A stretch of DNA of 63,869 nt, the filler included, from Octopus bimaculoides (Eukaryota), in NCBI RefSeq assembly GCF_001194135.2. It is 7 parts of 5 records of this genome, joined end to end, with 100 filler letters (N's around TTAATTAATTAA, not from the genome) between each part and the next. Parts side by side here need not be neighbours in the genome. Positions count along the whole stretch, not along the records: positions 41,699 to 56,648 come from NC_068981.1; positions 56,749 to 59,290 come from NC_068983.1; positions 59,391 to 62,063 come from NC_068992.1; positions 62,164 to 63,869 come from NC_068999.1; 3 more parts are not named here. One strand, written 5' to 3'. Positions within the stretch are counted from its first letter, which is position 1, and each line of letters starts with the position of its first letter. Under the pieces are notes generated by a model that had not been told where the DNA came from, searched no databases, and saw only the letters and a list, made by a program, of their open reading frames with translations. Shown piece by piece: positions 51,620 to 63,869 of this stretch. A program made the position numbers and the translations under genes.

Positions 51620-53164
51620 TTTATACATGTGTGTCTGTNNNNNNNNNNNNNNNNNNNNNNNNNNNNNNNNNNNNNNNNNNNNNNNNNNNNNNNNNNNNNN
51701 NNNNNNNNNNNNNNNNNNNNNNNNNNNNNNNNNNNNNNNNNNNNNNNNNNNNNNNNNNNNNNNNNNNNNNNNNNNNNNNNNNNNNNNNNNNNNNNNNNNN
51801 NNNNNNNNNNNNNNNNNNNNNNNNNNNNNNNNNNNNNNNNNNNNNNNNNNNNNNNNNNNNNNNNNNNNNNNNNNNNNNNNNNNNNNNNNNNNNNNNNNNN
51901 NNNNNNNNNNNNNNNNNNNNNNNNNNNNNNNNNNNNNNNNNNNNNNNNNNNNNNNNNNNNNNNNNNNNNNNNNNNNNNNNNNNNNNNNNNNNNNNNNNNN
52001 NNNNNNNNNNNNNNNNNNNNNNNNNNNNNNNNNNNNNNNNNNNNNNNNNNNNNNNNNNNNNNNNNNNNNNNNNNNNNNNNNNNNNNNNNNNNNNNNNNNN
52101 NNNNNNNNNNNNNNNNNNNNNNNNNNNNNNNNNNNNNNNNNNNNNNNNNNNNNNNNNNNNNNNNNNNNNNNNNNNNNNNNNNNNNNNNNNNNNNNNNNNN
52201 NNNNNNNNNNNNNNNNNNNNNNNNNNNNNNNNNNNNNNNNNNNNNNNNNNNNNNNNNNNNNNNNNNNNNNNNNNNNNNNNNNNNNNNNNNNNNNNNNNNN
52301 NNNNNNNNNNNNNNNNNNNNNNNNNNNNNNNNNNNNNNNNNNNNNNNNNNNNNNNNNNNNNNNNNNNNNNNNNNNNNNNNNNNNNNNNNNNNNNNNNNNN
52401 NNNNNNNNNNNNNNNNNNNNNNTATATGACAGCCAGTGTTGGTGTGTTTGTGTGTTTACGCCCTCGTAACTTAGCAGTTCGACCATAGTGTCTGATAGAA
52501 TAAGTACCAGGCTTGAAAAAAAAAGTACTAAAATATTTCAAGGCAGTGCACCAGCATGGTCGCACTTTAATGATTGAAACAAGTAAAAGCTAAAAGATTT
52601 ATACATGTGTGTCTGTATGTCTATGGGTGTGCGCGTGCGCTTGTGTGTCTGCTTGGCTGATGTACGTACGCGTATAGTTTGGGATCCCCCATTTACAGTT
52701 AATTTCTTTATGACTAACTTTATCTATATCTTCTTCTCTCACTCGGTCTCATATATCAATTTTATCATAATGTGTTTATTTCTTTAGTATCCCCTTATCT
52801 CCTTTAATCTACGTCCTTCCATTCTAGTAACTCTCCTATTATCGCTCAACAATGCCGTTTGTCGTCTGCATAGAAGATGGTACTTACATTGGAATGGTTC
52901 AACTTTTAGCTTTCTTGCACTACTAAGGTTCTTTATCATGCCTTCAGCTTAAAGCAATGAGCTGGCAGAATGGTTAGCGGCATTTCGCCTGTTTTTACGT
53001 TCTAAGTTCAAATTCCGGTGAGGTCGATTTTGCCTTTTACCCCCTCCCTCAAAATTGCTGGCCTTGTGTCAAAATTTGAAACCAGTATCTTATCTTCAGT
53101 TTACCTAACTGTACACAGCCACAGCCACAGACATGAGGTGTGTCGATTTTAGTTCAACAACTAA

Positions 53165-53240
53165 ATTCGCTATGTGAATTCTATATTCGCTATGTGAAGC
53201 TATATTCGCTATGTGAAGTCTATATTCGCTATGTGAATAA
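53165..53240 (+). repeat. About 19-20-bp tandem repeat (tat)attcgctatgtgaa, 4 copies
   Basis: Direct reading. Confidence 0.85.
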
Positions 53241-54380
53241 ACTCTTATTCTTTATCCAAAATTTCTCATCTTTCTATTTAGAACTGTGGTTCTCAACCAC
53301 TTTTTTTTTTTTTTTGCTTTTGGACCCGTGTGATTCCTATTTAACTCCACTGGACCTTCATAGCTATTCGATGTATATGAAAAAAGATCCCACAGATCCC
53401 ACTGCATTTTTATAATGAAATATTATTCGCCGAGCGAAATGCTTAGCGGTATTTCGTCTGCCGTTACGTTCTGAGTTCAAATTCCGCCGTGGTCAACTTT
53501 GCCTTTCATCCTTTCGGGGTCGATAAATTAAGTACCAGTTACGCACTGGGGTTGATGTAATCGACTTAATCCCTTTGTCTGTCCTTATTTGTCCCCTCTA
53601 TGTTTATCCCCTTGTGGGCAATAAAGAAATAAATTATTAGGAACTACAGCGGATGGGGTAACAAAATCTTTTAAGTGCTTAGGGCCTCTTAGGTCTTAAT
53701 CCGGCCCTGGAAAAGATGACACATATAACGTAGAGGGAGGTATTGAGTTCTTTTCTTTTTCATCCATTATTAGAACACCAATGTATCGTAACACTAAATT
53801 CGCTTATTGCATGTAATCGTAAATACAATACTGAGCATGTGTTTGTGATGAATACACTGTTTGTGATAACATATAAATATTATGCGTTAGTGTTGTAATC
53901 AAGAATAAAAAACAGTGACCCCAACGACGTCAATAACGTGTCGTCCTTTTTGTTTTTCAGACTTTGACGTTATGGTGCAGTTTGATGAAAATTTGATTGC
54001 TATTTCTAGCAGATCGACAGACCACGTAAAGTTTTCGTTATCGTTGACTTTGCTAATTTCCTATGAGAACAGTCAATTCCGGCCTACGATATGTTAGTAA
54101 TGGACAGTCTTGATTGACTCTAATTTCCCAACCTTAAATACTTGTAACTTTATTTAATTTCTATGGGAAAATAATGACGATTTTCGTCATCAGCAAAACT
54201 ACATCTGAACTTTTTCGAAAATAACCAGGTGAAAATTTGAAAAACTTCAAGTGGTTGAATGAAATTTAACAGGACCCAATTTCAACATAAGACTACATCA
54301 AATTACCCTCTCATTTTTTATATATAACCATATAAATTTAAGGAACCACACACACGCGCGCGCACGCACACGCGTAGTAC

Positions 54381-54600
54381 GGATCTTTCTGATTTGGCGG
54401 GCTCCACTTGTTTTCTTAACGAAACACTTTCAAACTTGGAACACTGGTAGAAGGTGTCATATAAAACATCTTTTACTCTTAGTGTTATTGAAAAGATTTT
54501 ATCTTTATATACAAGTATACGAAGTTTTAAAGTGTTTCGGTAGAAAATACACTAAATAAAACATACATAAAAAGTGGCGCCCGCCAAATCAGAAAGGTCC
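54381..54600. mobile_element. MITE, 220 bp, GG...CC termini, 8-bp TSD (Merlin-like)
   Basis: TIR ggatctttctgatttggcgggctccactt versus reverse complement ggacctttctgatttggcgggcgccactt (27/29); TSD cgtagtac at 54373-54380 and 54601-54608. Confidence 0.9.
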
Positions 54601-55385
54601 CGTAGTACCTCAAGACACAAAAAATTGTCAACAGATGTGAAGACAAGCGGAAAAAGTGAGGGTTTCCTCATGGTAGTCACGTGAGTCTCTTATGTAACTA
54701 ACCTTTATATTTTCGTTCATTAAAAATTTAAATAACTGAATCGGATAATAGTTACTAACAAATATTCCTAAAGTTGAGTAGACCAGACGATAGAACAAAC
54801 AATTCAAAAACATAGCACACCACACACACACACAGCTACAACCGATACAAAACTCAGTGAAAAACTCACAATACACATGTAATTCGTAAAAAGCGGTACT
54901 GAACTTAACAAGTAAAATAATCTCATAAATCATTGAATGGCGTCTACCACACTTCACCATCAATTAGGCACAAAAAAACACACAAACAGTCCTTATAAAA
55001 AGATACTTGAAATAGAAAACAATCTCAAAAGAGTTTCATTCAAGGATGTCATGGTTTGATAAAGACGTCCCGTCGATCGTTCGCCCTTGTTCGTAAATCA
55101 TCGACAGTTAAGTTACTGAAAGCATGTATAATGAGGACACATCACAGTTGGAGTGTGAATTTTTTTAAAAGAATATGCAAGAATAACATTTTTCTTGTCT
55201 CCCTGTCAGCTCTTTATAATGAGTTTTGAAAAATAGCATCCTTCTATCTACTAACGTTTCGAGACACATATGACTTCGTCGTCTGAATAAAATGATACTA
55301 CTCGCATATTGAATACTGAGAAATCTCATTTAATTGACATTGCAGAATTACTTAACAGTTAGTTCCTCGTAACCTTCATAGTTTC

Positions 55386-56066
55386 GGATCTTGTTCAAAA
55401 CGGGGGCACCAGTTTTCATTTATGTTTTATGTAGTGTTTTTGGTACCGAAAGACTTTCAAACTTCGTATACTTATCTATTTTGTGTTATAGAACAGAAAA
55501 AAATTTTTGTATTCGAATTTATTTCATGTAAAAAATTGTCTTATTTCGATAATTTCAACCAATCACTGACAAGTATTCAGTTGTTTACACTTACTCCTTT
55601 GGCAGTTTAAGAGGTGTAAAGCGTATTTAATCTCCATTACTTCTGACATTTTGCAGAGAGGCAACAGACGTGTGTTCGTTTTCCCTAACCCTAACCCTAA
55701 CCCTAATTGACTTGCTCCTTCCCTCAAAAACCAGGCCTTGTGCCTATAATAGAAAGGTTTATTAGCTACTGCCAATATGCTTCAGCCATTTTTTGACAAG
55801 GAAATAATAATTTTATCACCGCCAGAATCGTTTGAGAATCGTTTGTTTACGTAGTCAGCACTTAATGTATTCGGCTGAATGGACGTCAGTCATTGGTTGA
55901 AATTACAGAAATACGACAACTTTAACATGAAATAACTTGCGATGTACGTTTTTTTGTTAAGAAGACTAAGAGAAAAAGATGTTTTATATGACACATTCTA
56001 CCAGTGTCCCAAGTTTCAAAGTGTTTCGTTAAGAAAATACTGGTGCCCCCGTTTTGAACAAGATCC
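55386..56066. mobile_element. MITE, 681 bp, perfect 28-bp TIR, 8-bp TSD (Merlin-like)
   Basis: TIR ggatcttgttcaaaacgggggcaccagt; TSD atagtttc at 55378-55385 and 56067-56074; internal (CCCTAA)4 at 55683-55706. Confidence 0.92.
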
Positions 56067-56214
56067 ATAGTTTCTAACGTATACACTCTGCCATTGCGTT
56101 GATGTTTGCTTTCTTCGTTGCTATTTGATATTCATATTACTTTTTCATATTCATTTAAGTTGTATATATTTATTTGCGAGGCTTTTTCTTACTAGTTTAC
56201 GATCTTCATGGTCT

Positions 56215-56432
56215 TAACAGATGATGGTTGCTTGTCAGTATAATTTTCTCTTTGTGTCAATCAATTTTGAAAATAACGAAATATTTAGTAAAAGGAATTA
56301 GTCATTATTAAGTTGGTGTCTAAAACGAATTAATATTTTGATGGAAAGAATAAACTCAAATCACTTTAAAACAGGAAATTTGTATCAAAGAACGAGAGGC
56401 GGTCTCCGGCAGATTGGTATCAAAAGGGTTAA
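56215..56432. mobile_element. Probable piggyBac-type MITE end
   Basis: Ends ...ggtatcaaaaggg|ttaa; a similar aaaaggg|ttaa end near 51143; opposite end not found. Confidence 0.4.
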
Positions 56433-57129
56433 AGCATATAGTTACAATTTTAAAGTTTAAAGTTTAAATTTTGCGCAGGAGTAGCTGTGTGGTAAGTGGC
56501 TTGCTTACCAACCACATGATACCGGATTCAGTCCCACTGCGTGACAGCTTGAGCAAGTGTCTTCCACTATAGCCTCGGGCCGACTAAAGCCTTGTGAGTG
56601 GATTTGGTAGACGGAAACTGAAAGAAGCCCATCGTATATATGTATGTANNNNNNNNNNNNNNNNNNNNNNNNNNNNNNNNNNNNNNNNNNNNTTAATTAA
56701 TTAANNNNNNNNNNNNNNNNNNNNNNNNNNNNNNNNNNNNNNNNNNNNATATATATATATTTATATATATAAATCCACACATGTGTATACAGATATATAT
56801 ATATATATACTCATGCATAGACACACACACATGCAAACATAGGTACATATTTCTAAATATCCATAGATATATGTGTGTTTAACTCTGTGTGTATGTGGGG
56901 TAGGTGTCGGAGTGTGTGTGCTTAAATCTATAAATAGTAGGATGAGTAGATAAAGAGACAGTTATAGGTAGCGTTTGGTTAAGAACTCCATTTCGGAAGC
57001 ACCGGGTTTTGGGTTCATCCCCATTCCTAGGCATCTTGGCTGAGTGTCTTGCACTATAGCAGCAGGCCGGCTAGTGTATTGTGAATAAACTTAGTAGAGG
57101 AAAACCTGTAGAAGTTCATCATTTCCCGT

Positions 57130-57136
57130 CTGTCTG

Positions 57137-57186
<50 letters not shown>

Positions 57187-57223
57187 AATCTATCTATCTA
57201 TCAATCTATCTATCTATCTATCG

Positions 57224-57296
<73 letters not shown>

Positions 57297-57298
57297 GA
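57130..57298. repeat. (CTAT)n microsatellite
   Basis: Direct reading; other (GATA)n tracts at 15494-15520, 19236-19270, 36717-36787. Confidence 0.95.
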
Positions 57299-57634
57299 TA
57301 TATGAGTATGCTTATGTGTGTATATATTTCTTGCATTTAAAATCCTCTCACTGTAAAAATAAATTACTTTTGAAGAAAAGCCTTCACCCCTACAGTCTCT
57401 TACTTTCCAGATTGCTTTGGTCCTCTTATAAATGAAGAAAAACAAGTAATAATATACCACAAAAGCTGTGTACAATACACACAAACAGACACACTCACAT
57501 ACACACATATACATAGGAATGCATACATATATACGCATGTAATGTATATATGCATAAAATATATATGTGTATAAAAATATATATAAATATATAATATAGC
57601 TATCTATAAATAACGTACATATGCATATATATAT

Positions 57635-57699
<65 letters not shown>

Positions 57700-57713
57700 N
57701 NNNNNNNNNATAC

Positions 57714-57763
<50 letters not shown>

Positions 57764-58516
57764 AAAGGTATACACGCATACATATCACGTATATACCTGT
57801 ATAAACTTGTATATATTAATACGTTCATATATGTATACTCACACACACAAACACACACGCACATACACACACACACGCACACACATATATATTTATATGT
57901 ATGTATGTATATATATTCACACAAATGCACACACATCTCCCAATTTATGTAGGTGTGCGTACCCGTACGCATGCTATACTAATGCATACAAATATACACA
58001 TATATATTATATCTATCCCTATATATATATATATATATATATATNNNNNNNNNNNNNNNNNNNNNNNNNNNNNNNNNNNNNNNNNNNNNNNNNNNNNNNN
58101 NNNNNNNNNNNNNNNNNNNNNNNNNNNNNNNNNNNNNNNNNNNNNNNNNNNNNNNNNNNNNNNNNNNNNNNNNNNNNNNNNNNNNNNNNNNNNNNNNNNN
58201 NNNNNNNNNNNNNNNNNNNNNNNNNNNNNNNNNNNNNNNNNNNNNNNNNNNNNNNNNNNNNNNNNNNNNNNNNNNNNNNNNNNNNNNNNNNNNNNNNNNN
58301 NNNNNNNNNNNNNNNNNNNNNNNNNNNNNNNNNNNNNNNNNNNNNNNNNNNNNNNNNNNNNNNNNNNNNNNNNNNNNNNNNNNNNNNNNNNNNNNNNNNN
58401 NNNNNNNNNNNNNNNNNNNNNNNNNNNNNNNNNNNCATAATATACACATGGTTTTTGGATAATACCATACTATATTCTGGTGCCTAACCATAAGTACCAT
58501 ATTCAATTTTGAATCC

Positions 58517-58587
<71 letters not shown>

Positions 58588-58588
<1 letters not shown>

Positions 58589-58797
58589 AGGGTGTCCACA
58601 AAATCGGGGTATATGGAGTAGATAAAATCATAACATAAACAATTAAATATTGGACTACTTTTTCTGGGGTGTGTTGAAAGAGAAAGTTTATTCAATAAAG
58701 ATTACAGATTCATTTATTAACATTACAGTTAAATAAAATTGTTTTGTTTTAGAAGTATGTGCTAATCCCCATGTACCCAGACATTGTGGACACCCTG
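58588..58797. mobile_element. Tc1/mariner-type MITE, 210 bp, TA-flanked
   Basis: TA|CAGGGTGTCCACAA...TTGTGGACACCCTG|TA; imperfect TIR extends to about 31 bp. Confidence 0.9.
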
Positions 58798-58871
58798 TAT
58801 ATCTCAATACATACATACATACCTGCACGCGTACATGCATACTTAAATCTATTTCTCTATCTCTCTCTCTG

Positions 58872-58902
<31 letters not shown>

Positions 58903-59242
58903 TTGAGAACTTATAGATACATACATACACACACTGAGGCACGTACTCACGTCCACTGGCATACATACACACACACACACACATACACACATACACAGAC
59001 ACACATACACAGACACACACACACAGATACACACACGCGCAGAAACATGTATGTGAAAGGTAAAGAGTTTCAAATTAGATATAAACTTAATTTTGTGTAT
59101 GTATATAGATTAAATAAAATAAAAATTGTTTTGATAAGAATTGATAAAAATTTATCATATATGTTCGCACATCTCTCTCTCCCCTTCCCTCTATCTTACT
59201 GTCTCTCTCTCTATCTATCTTTCTCTCTATATATCCCCCCCC

Positions 59243-59290
<48 letters not shown>

Positions 59291-59649
59291 NNNNNNNNNN
59301 NNNNNNNNNNNNNNNNNNNNNNNNNNNNNNNNNNTTAATTAATTAANNNNNNNNNNNNNNNNNNNNNNNNNNNNNNNNNNNNNNNNNNNNACACACAAAC
59401 ACATACACACGCACTCACAAACGCACTCACGCACACACACGAACAAACACATATACACATGCGCACACACAACACCCTAACAAATATTAATCACACACAT
59501 ACACACTCACACAAACGTGCACACACACACACACGCCATCCTACCATAGATAAAAACACACAATACTCATATACACATGCCACACACGCACGCACGCACA
59601 CAGACATAGACATACACATACATATGAACCATCACACACATACGTTTGC

Positions 59650-59682
<33 letters not shown>

Positions 59683-60428
59683 ACAAGGATATTTAAAACA
59701 ACACACTCACTNNNNNNNNNNNNNNNNNNNNNNNNNNNNNNNNNNNNNNNNNNNNNNNNNNNNNNNNNNNNNNNNNNNNNNNNNNNNNNNNNNNNNNNNN
59801 NNNNNNNNNNNNNNNNNNNNNNNNNNNNNNNNNNNNNNNNNNNNNNNNNNNNNNNNNNNNNNNNNNNNNNNNNNNNNNNNNNNNNNNNNNNNNNNNNNNN
59901 NNNNNNNNNNNNNNNNNNNNNNNNNNNNNNNNNNNNNNNNNNNNNNNNNNNNNNNNNNNNNNNNNNNNNNNNNNNNNNNNNNNNNNNNNNNNNNNNNNNN
60001 NNNNNNNNNNNNNNNNNNNNNNNNNNNNNNNNNNNNNNNNNNNNNNNNNNNNNNNNNNNNNNNNNNNNNNNNNNTATATGTATTTTTCCATATGTGTATT
60101 TTCATACACTGTTTTTAACATTTTCATTTTAATATCAGAGAATGTGTGATAATCAGTATGTAACAATACAAAGTTCATACAAAGCTTTATACTTTAAATA
60201 TATTTTATCATCAAAGAATGTATATATGCATTTTAATTCTCGAACTGTTTTTTTAACATTTTTTATTATTCTCAAAGACTTTTGATAATCTTTTTCTAAA
60301 AAAGTGAAACCGGTTAAGTAAATAAATATTTTTAAAAAATAAGTGCATTTTCAAACCTTCTTTCATATATATTTCCACTCGCACGGTATTCCACAACTTT
60401 ACTTTACTATATATATATATATATACAT

Positions 60429-60835
60429 CAGGGACGCACCGTCTAGTTAGACAGGGTAGGCAATGCCTACCTTGGAGAAAATAGATCAATAGTATCAATT
60501 TTCCTTTCATGGCAAAATATGCACCTAATTCAATAAAATCATGAAGGCTTCTCTGATTACTATATATAAAATGCAAAATATTTTATTTTTTTATACATTA
60601 AGTAGGTATAATTCGCCCCTACCTTTCAATCTCAGCATTTAAGCTACGCATAATACTGGTGCAGTTCGCGCGCCGCGTACATTCCTACAACAACGTTTTC
60701 TTTACGTGCTGTAAAGGCAGAAGTAAATCTGCTCACAACGCATTCGCGTACTAGTGTTTCGCTTACTTTTGTGTGTTTTATTTCATAAAGGTCACCAACT
60801 GCCTACCCTGCGTAAGTACTAAGCTTGTGCCCCTG
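60429..60835. mobile_element. Probable hAT-type MITE
   Basis: Termini CAGGGACGCA / TGTGCCCCTG with subterminal inverted cagggtaggca / tgcctaccctg; TSD not preserved. Confidence 0.5.
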
Positions 60836-61449
60836 CACCGCTTGGCAAGGGGCGTTGGATATTTAACCTCCCCATTATCTAGCGGCTCCGCAATGAGACA
60901 AATAGTATGAGTACCAGTCATTAAAAAGAACAAAATTAGGTGTGCGGTCGATTCATAGAATAGGTAACGAATGTAAAATGGCGTACAGAGATTAATTTCA
61001 TGAATTCAGCCTTTCAAGGTGATGCTGCAGCACGCCAGCTTTCAAGTGAATGAAACAAATAAATCAACATCATATATATATATATATATAGAATTGTTCA
61101 AGGCTGTGCCCCAGCATGGCCGCAGTCAAATGATTGAAACAAGTAGAACACAAAGGATAAAACATACGAGACAAATTATTTCTCATGGTAAGGGTAACAT
61201 TCGGTTTTATTATAAATGTATTTTGAGGAGAGAAGAGCCAAGTGAATGGTTTGGATGATGCAACTTACAATCTCATTTAGTTGCAAACATCGATAGTATC
61301 CGTTGCGTAATTTCAATGATTCTGACCTATTCTTGTATCAAGCGGATTCTAATTACATCTCCTATGGAGCTACTCACTGAAAGGCTGGAGTAAGTTAGGA
61401 ATGCGCGTGTTCAAGTGCTTTCCATTGAAATCCATATACATACATATGT

Positions 61450-61507
<58 letters not shown>

Positions 61508-62030
61508 ATGTGTATGCGTTTGCATATGTGCATACGATCATAGGCAACTAGCACATTCACATATATATATGTGTGTGTGTGAGCGTGTGTGTGTGTGTAC
61601 GTATATATATATACATGTACATACAGATATATAAATATGAATATATACATACATACATACATGCATACATACATACATGCATACATACATACATACATAC
61701 ATACGTACGTACGTACGTACGTACGTACTTGCACGGCTGTGTGTATGAGAATCTGTATATATTTGTGCGCTATAAGAATCCGTATGTTACAAATATAACT
61801 AGAATTGTTCAAAACAATTCCAAACGATTACAATTACAGGGAGTAACTTCACTTTCAAACAACAAAGCGATATAAGTGGAGCTAAACGCAACAGATTTAA
61901 ACAGAATCTGAATAGAAACATTATAACATCGTACTTGGTATCAAAATTCTAATACCCAGGTACACGAAAATACACTTTTAAGCGTTTTCTACTCTTTCGC
62001 CCATATTCTCTCTCTTTCTGTAAGCGTGTG

Positions 62031-62063
<33 letters not shown>

Positions 62064-63869
62064 NNNNNNNNNNNNNNNNNNNNNNNNNNNNNNNNNNNNN
62101 NNNNNNNTTAATTAATTAANNNNNNNNNNNNNNNNNNNNNNNNNNNNNNNNNNNNNNNNNNNNCATTCCCAGCCACACCACTACCACCACCATCAACCTC
62201 TACCACCGTCGCCGCCAATACCATTAACACCATCGCTGTTATCGTCTTTAACATCATCAATACTGCAATCACCTGCGGTTAACATCGTGTCAGTAATGAC
62301 AAACCCATCAGCACAACCGCCACCACCACCACCACCACCGCTACCACCACCATCAACAGCAGCAACAGCAGCAGCACTCGTCTGTTATATATGGCACCAA
62401 TAGGTCTCATCCATCATGACAACAACAACAATAACAGCAACAGTAACTCGATTCTTTACAACTACAGCTATTAGTAGGAACCAAAGTGCAGATAGCTTCA
62501 ATGATGACAGAGTCTGTCTACAAACTGGTAATGGTTTACCACTAACAGCACCACTAACAGCAGTATTCGTTTGACCAGTGCTTGAATTAGTAGTCTTATT
62601 CCCTGACGATGAGCTTTAAACATAGGCTTGATCCATCTAATCAGGGCCGACAAGGAAAGAAAACTAAGAAACAAACAGCGATAGAATTTTTGCTTGCACT
62701 AACGCCCGCTTTCTTTGCCGTCACCAGTTATTCCCCTTTAGCATTAAGGTATAAATCTCTCTTCCATAATTTATTATGACTGAATGTCTAACAGACCGGC
62801 ATCATGATCTCATCCACACCACCTCACCACTAATTTCTGAAGCACCATCACTAAAAGCGCCATCATTAAGGACCTCAGTACCATCATGAAAAATGCTAGC
62901 TATATAGGTCTCTAACTCGTCGCTCGACGTGTTGAAAACAGCAGTTGAATTACAACAGATCACATCCAGCAATTCCGAAAATGAAGGACTATTACGTAAA
63001 GATCCTAGATCTACAAAAGAACTTCAGGATGAAAACTGGAACGATTTTATATAATACATCAGATGACTGGTTGTTCTATCTCTTCATGTATTTTATAGAC
63101 ATAGCACAGCCACAAATATTTGAAGATCATCTTTGGCTAAAAAAAAAAAAATCACAAACACTAAAGGTTCGCTCTGTGAAAAAGATATAGTGAGACAAAC
63201 GGAAAATTTGACGGGTGCGGGAATCAAAACAATAATATATGTTTTCGTAAATGCTTTCTCCACTCTCTATATTTTCCTCGCCTTGTCAAACTTTATCTCT
63301 TCCCATCATGCTCTCAAACAATGTTATTTTTTTTCTCTCGGACGATCCCTTCCAATCTTCCAATTTATTATTGCGGCTTTTGTTGCATATTGTTGTCGCT
63401 ATTTCTATTCAATTTTCTTCCAGTTGAGAATATTTCTGTTTGTGCTATCAGTAAAATTATATCTTCTCATTGGCTTTCATTTCCTTTTCCCACATCCATT
63501 TCACAAACTTCCGGTCGGTCGGTCGGCCATATTTGTTTTCAACGTTTCCAATGTTACAGACATCATTTTCACTAATAACTTTCATAACATTGCCATCACA
63601 ACGTCAACTCAATAAATTCATGTCACAATTTCTGTCAAGCGATGCACTAATTTTTAAATAATCTTCCCCATTTCCTTTTTTACAACTATTTATACGTACA
63701 CATATACATATAAACAAGCATACATTCATATATACACACATATGCATAGGTGCATATGCGCACACGCTTATATAATATATATATGGATATACATATGTCT
63801 GTATGTATGTGTGAGTATGTATATGTATATATATGTATGTATGTATAATATATGTATATATATATATAT

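Noticed and set aside
51455-52615. Near-identical ~180-bp sequence on both sides of an ~800-N gap
   Set aside because: Most likely an unmerged contig overlap or haplotype duplication, not a biological repeat.
45654-53240. Short tandem arrays as possible CRISPR-like structure
   Set aside because: Units are contiguous with no unique spacers; eukaryotic context and no cas genes.
7717-60178. Many long ORFs in the track containing X runs or CV/HT/YI/ER repeats
   Set aside because: Read-through of N-gaps and dinucleotide or tetranucleotide microsatellites.
62165-62460. Pro/Thr/Ala-rich open frame
   Set aside because: Degenerate (CAC)/(CAG)/(CAA) low-complexity tract next to a gap.
63133-63615. 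160-aa hydrophobic Phe-rich ORF
   Set aside because: Starts at TTG in an A-run, composition follows from T-rich DNA, no recognisable motif; the opposite strand has many stops.

Overview
AT-rich, microsatellite-saturated animal genomic DNA from a gapped draft assembly. The repeat families and composition point to a cephalopod, probably Octopus (inference, not database-checked). Most of the window is repeats: at least six tRNA-headed SINE families; degraded non-LTR retrotransposons (R4/Dong-type RLE, Tx1, RTE, Penelope-like); Tc1 and mariner relics; several MITEs; and N-gaps, six of which contain an artificial TTAATTAATTAA spacer. Nearly all long ORFs in the supplied track are microsatellite or N artefacts. 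One host coding exon is clearly recognisable although absent from the ORF track: a 110-nt plus-strand exon at 34075-34184 encoding the beta2-to-loop A segment of a Cys-loop (nicotinic-receptor-like) ion channel with non-canonical loop A residues, as expected for the atypical AChR-like/chemotactile receptor expansion of octopuses. Its other exons could not be identified with confidence. Also seen: a duplicated module with an RFX X-box and a signal-peptide-like first exon, a phase-compatible chain of candidate minus-strand exons of an unidentified gene, a SINE sharing its 3' tail with a Tx1 LINE, microsatellite-embedded retroelements, and two GG-terminated MITEs with 8-bp TSDs (Merlin-like). No rRNA, true tRNA gene or CRISPR array was found.
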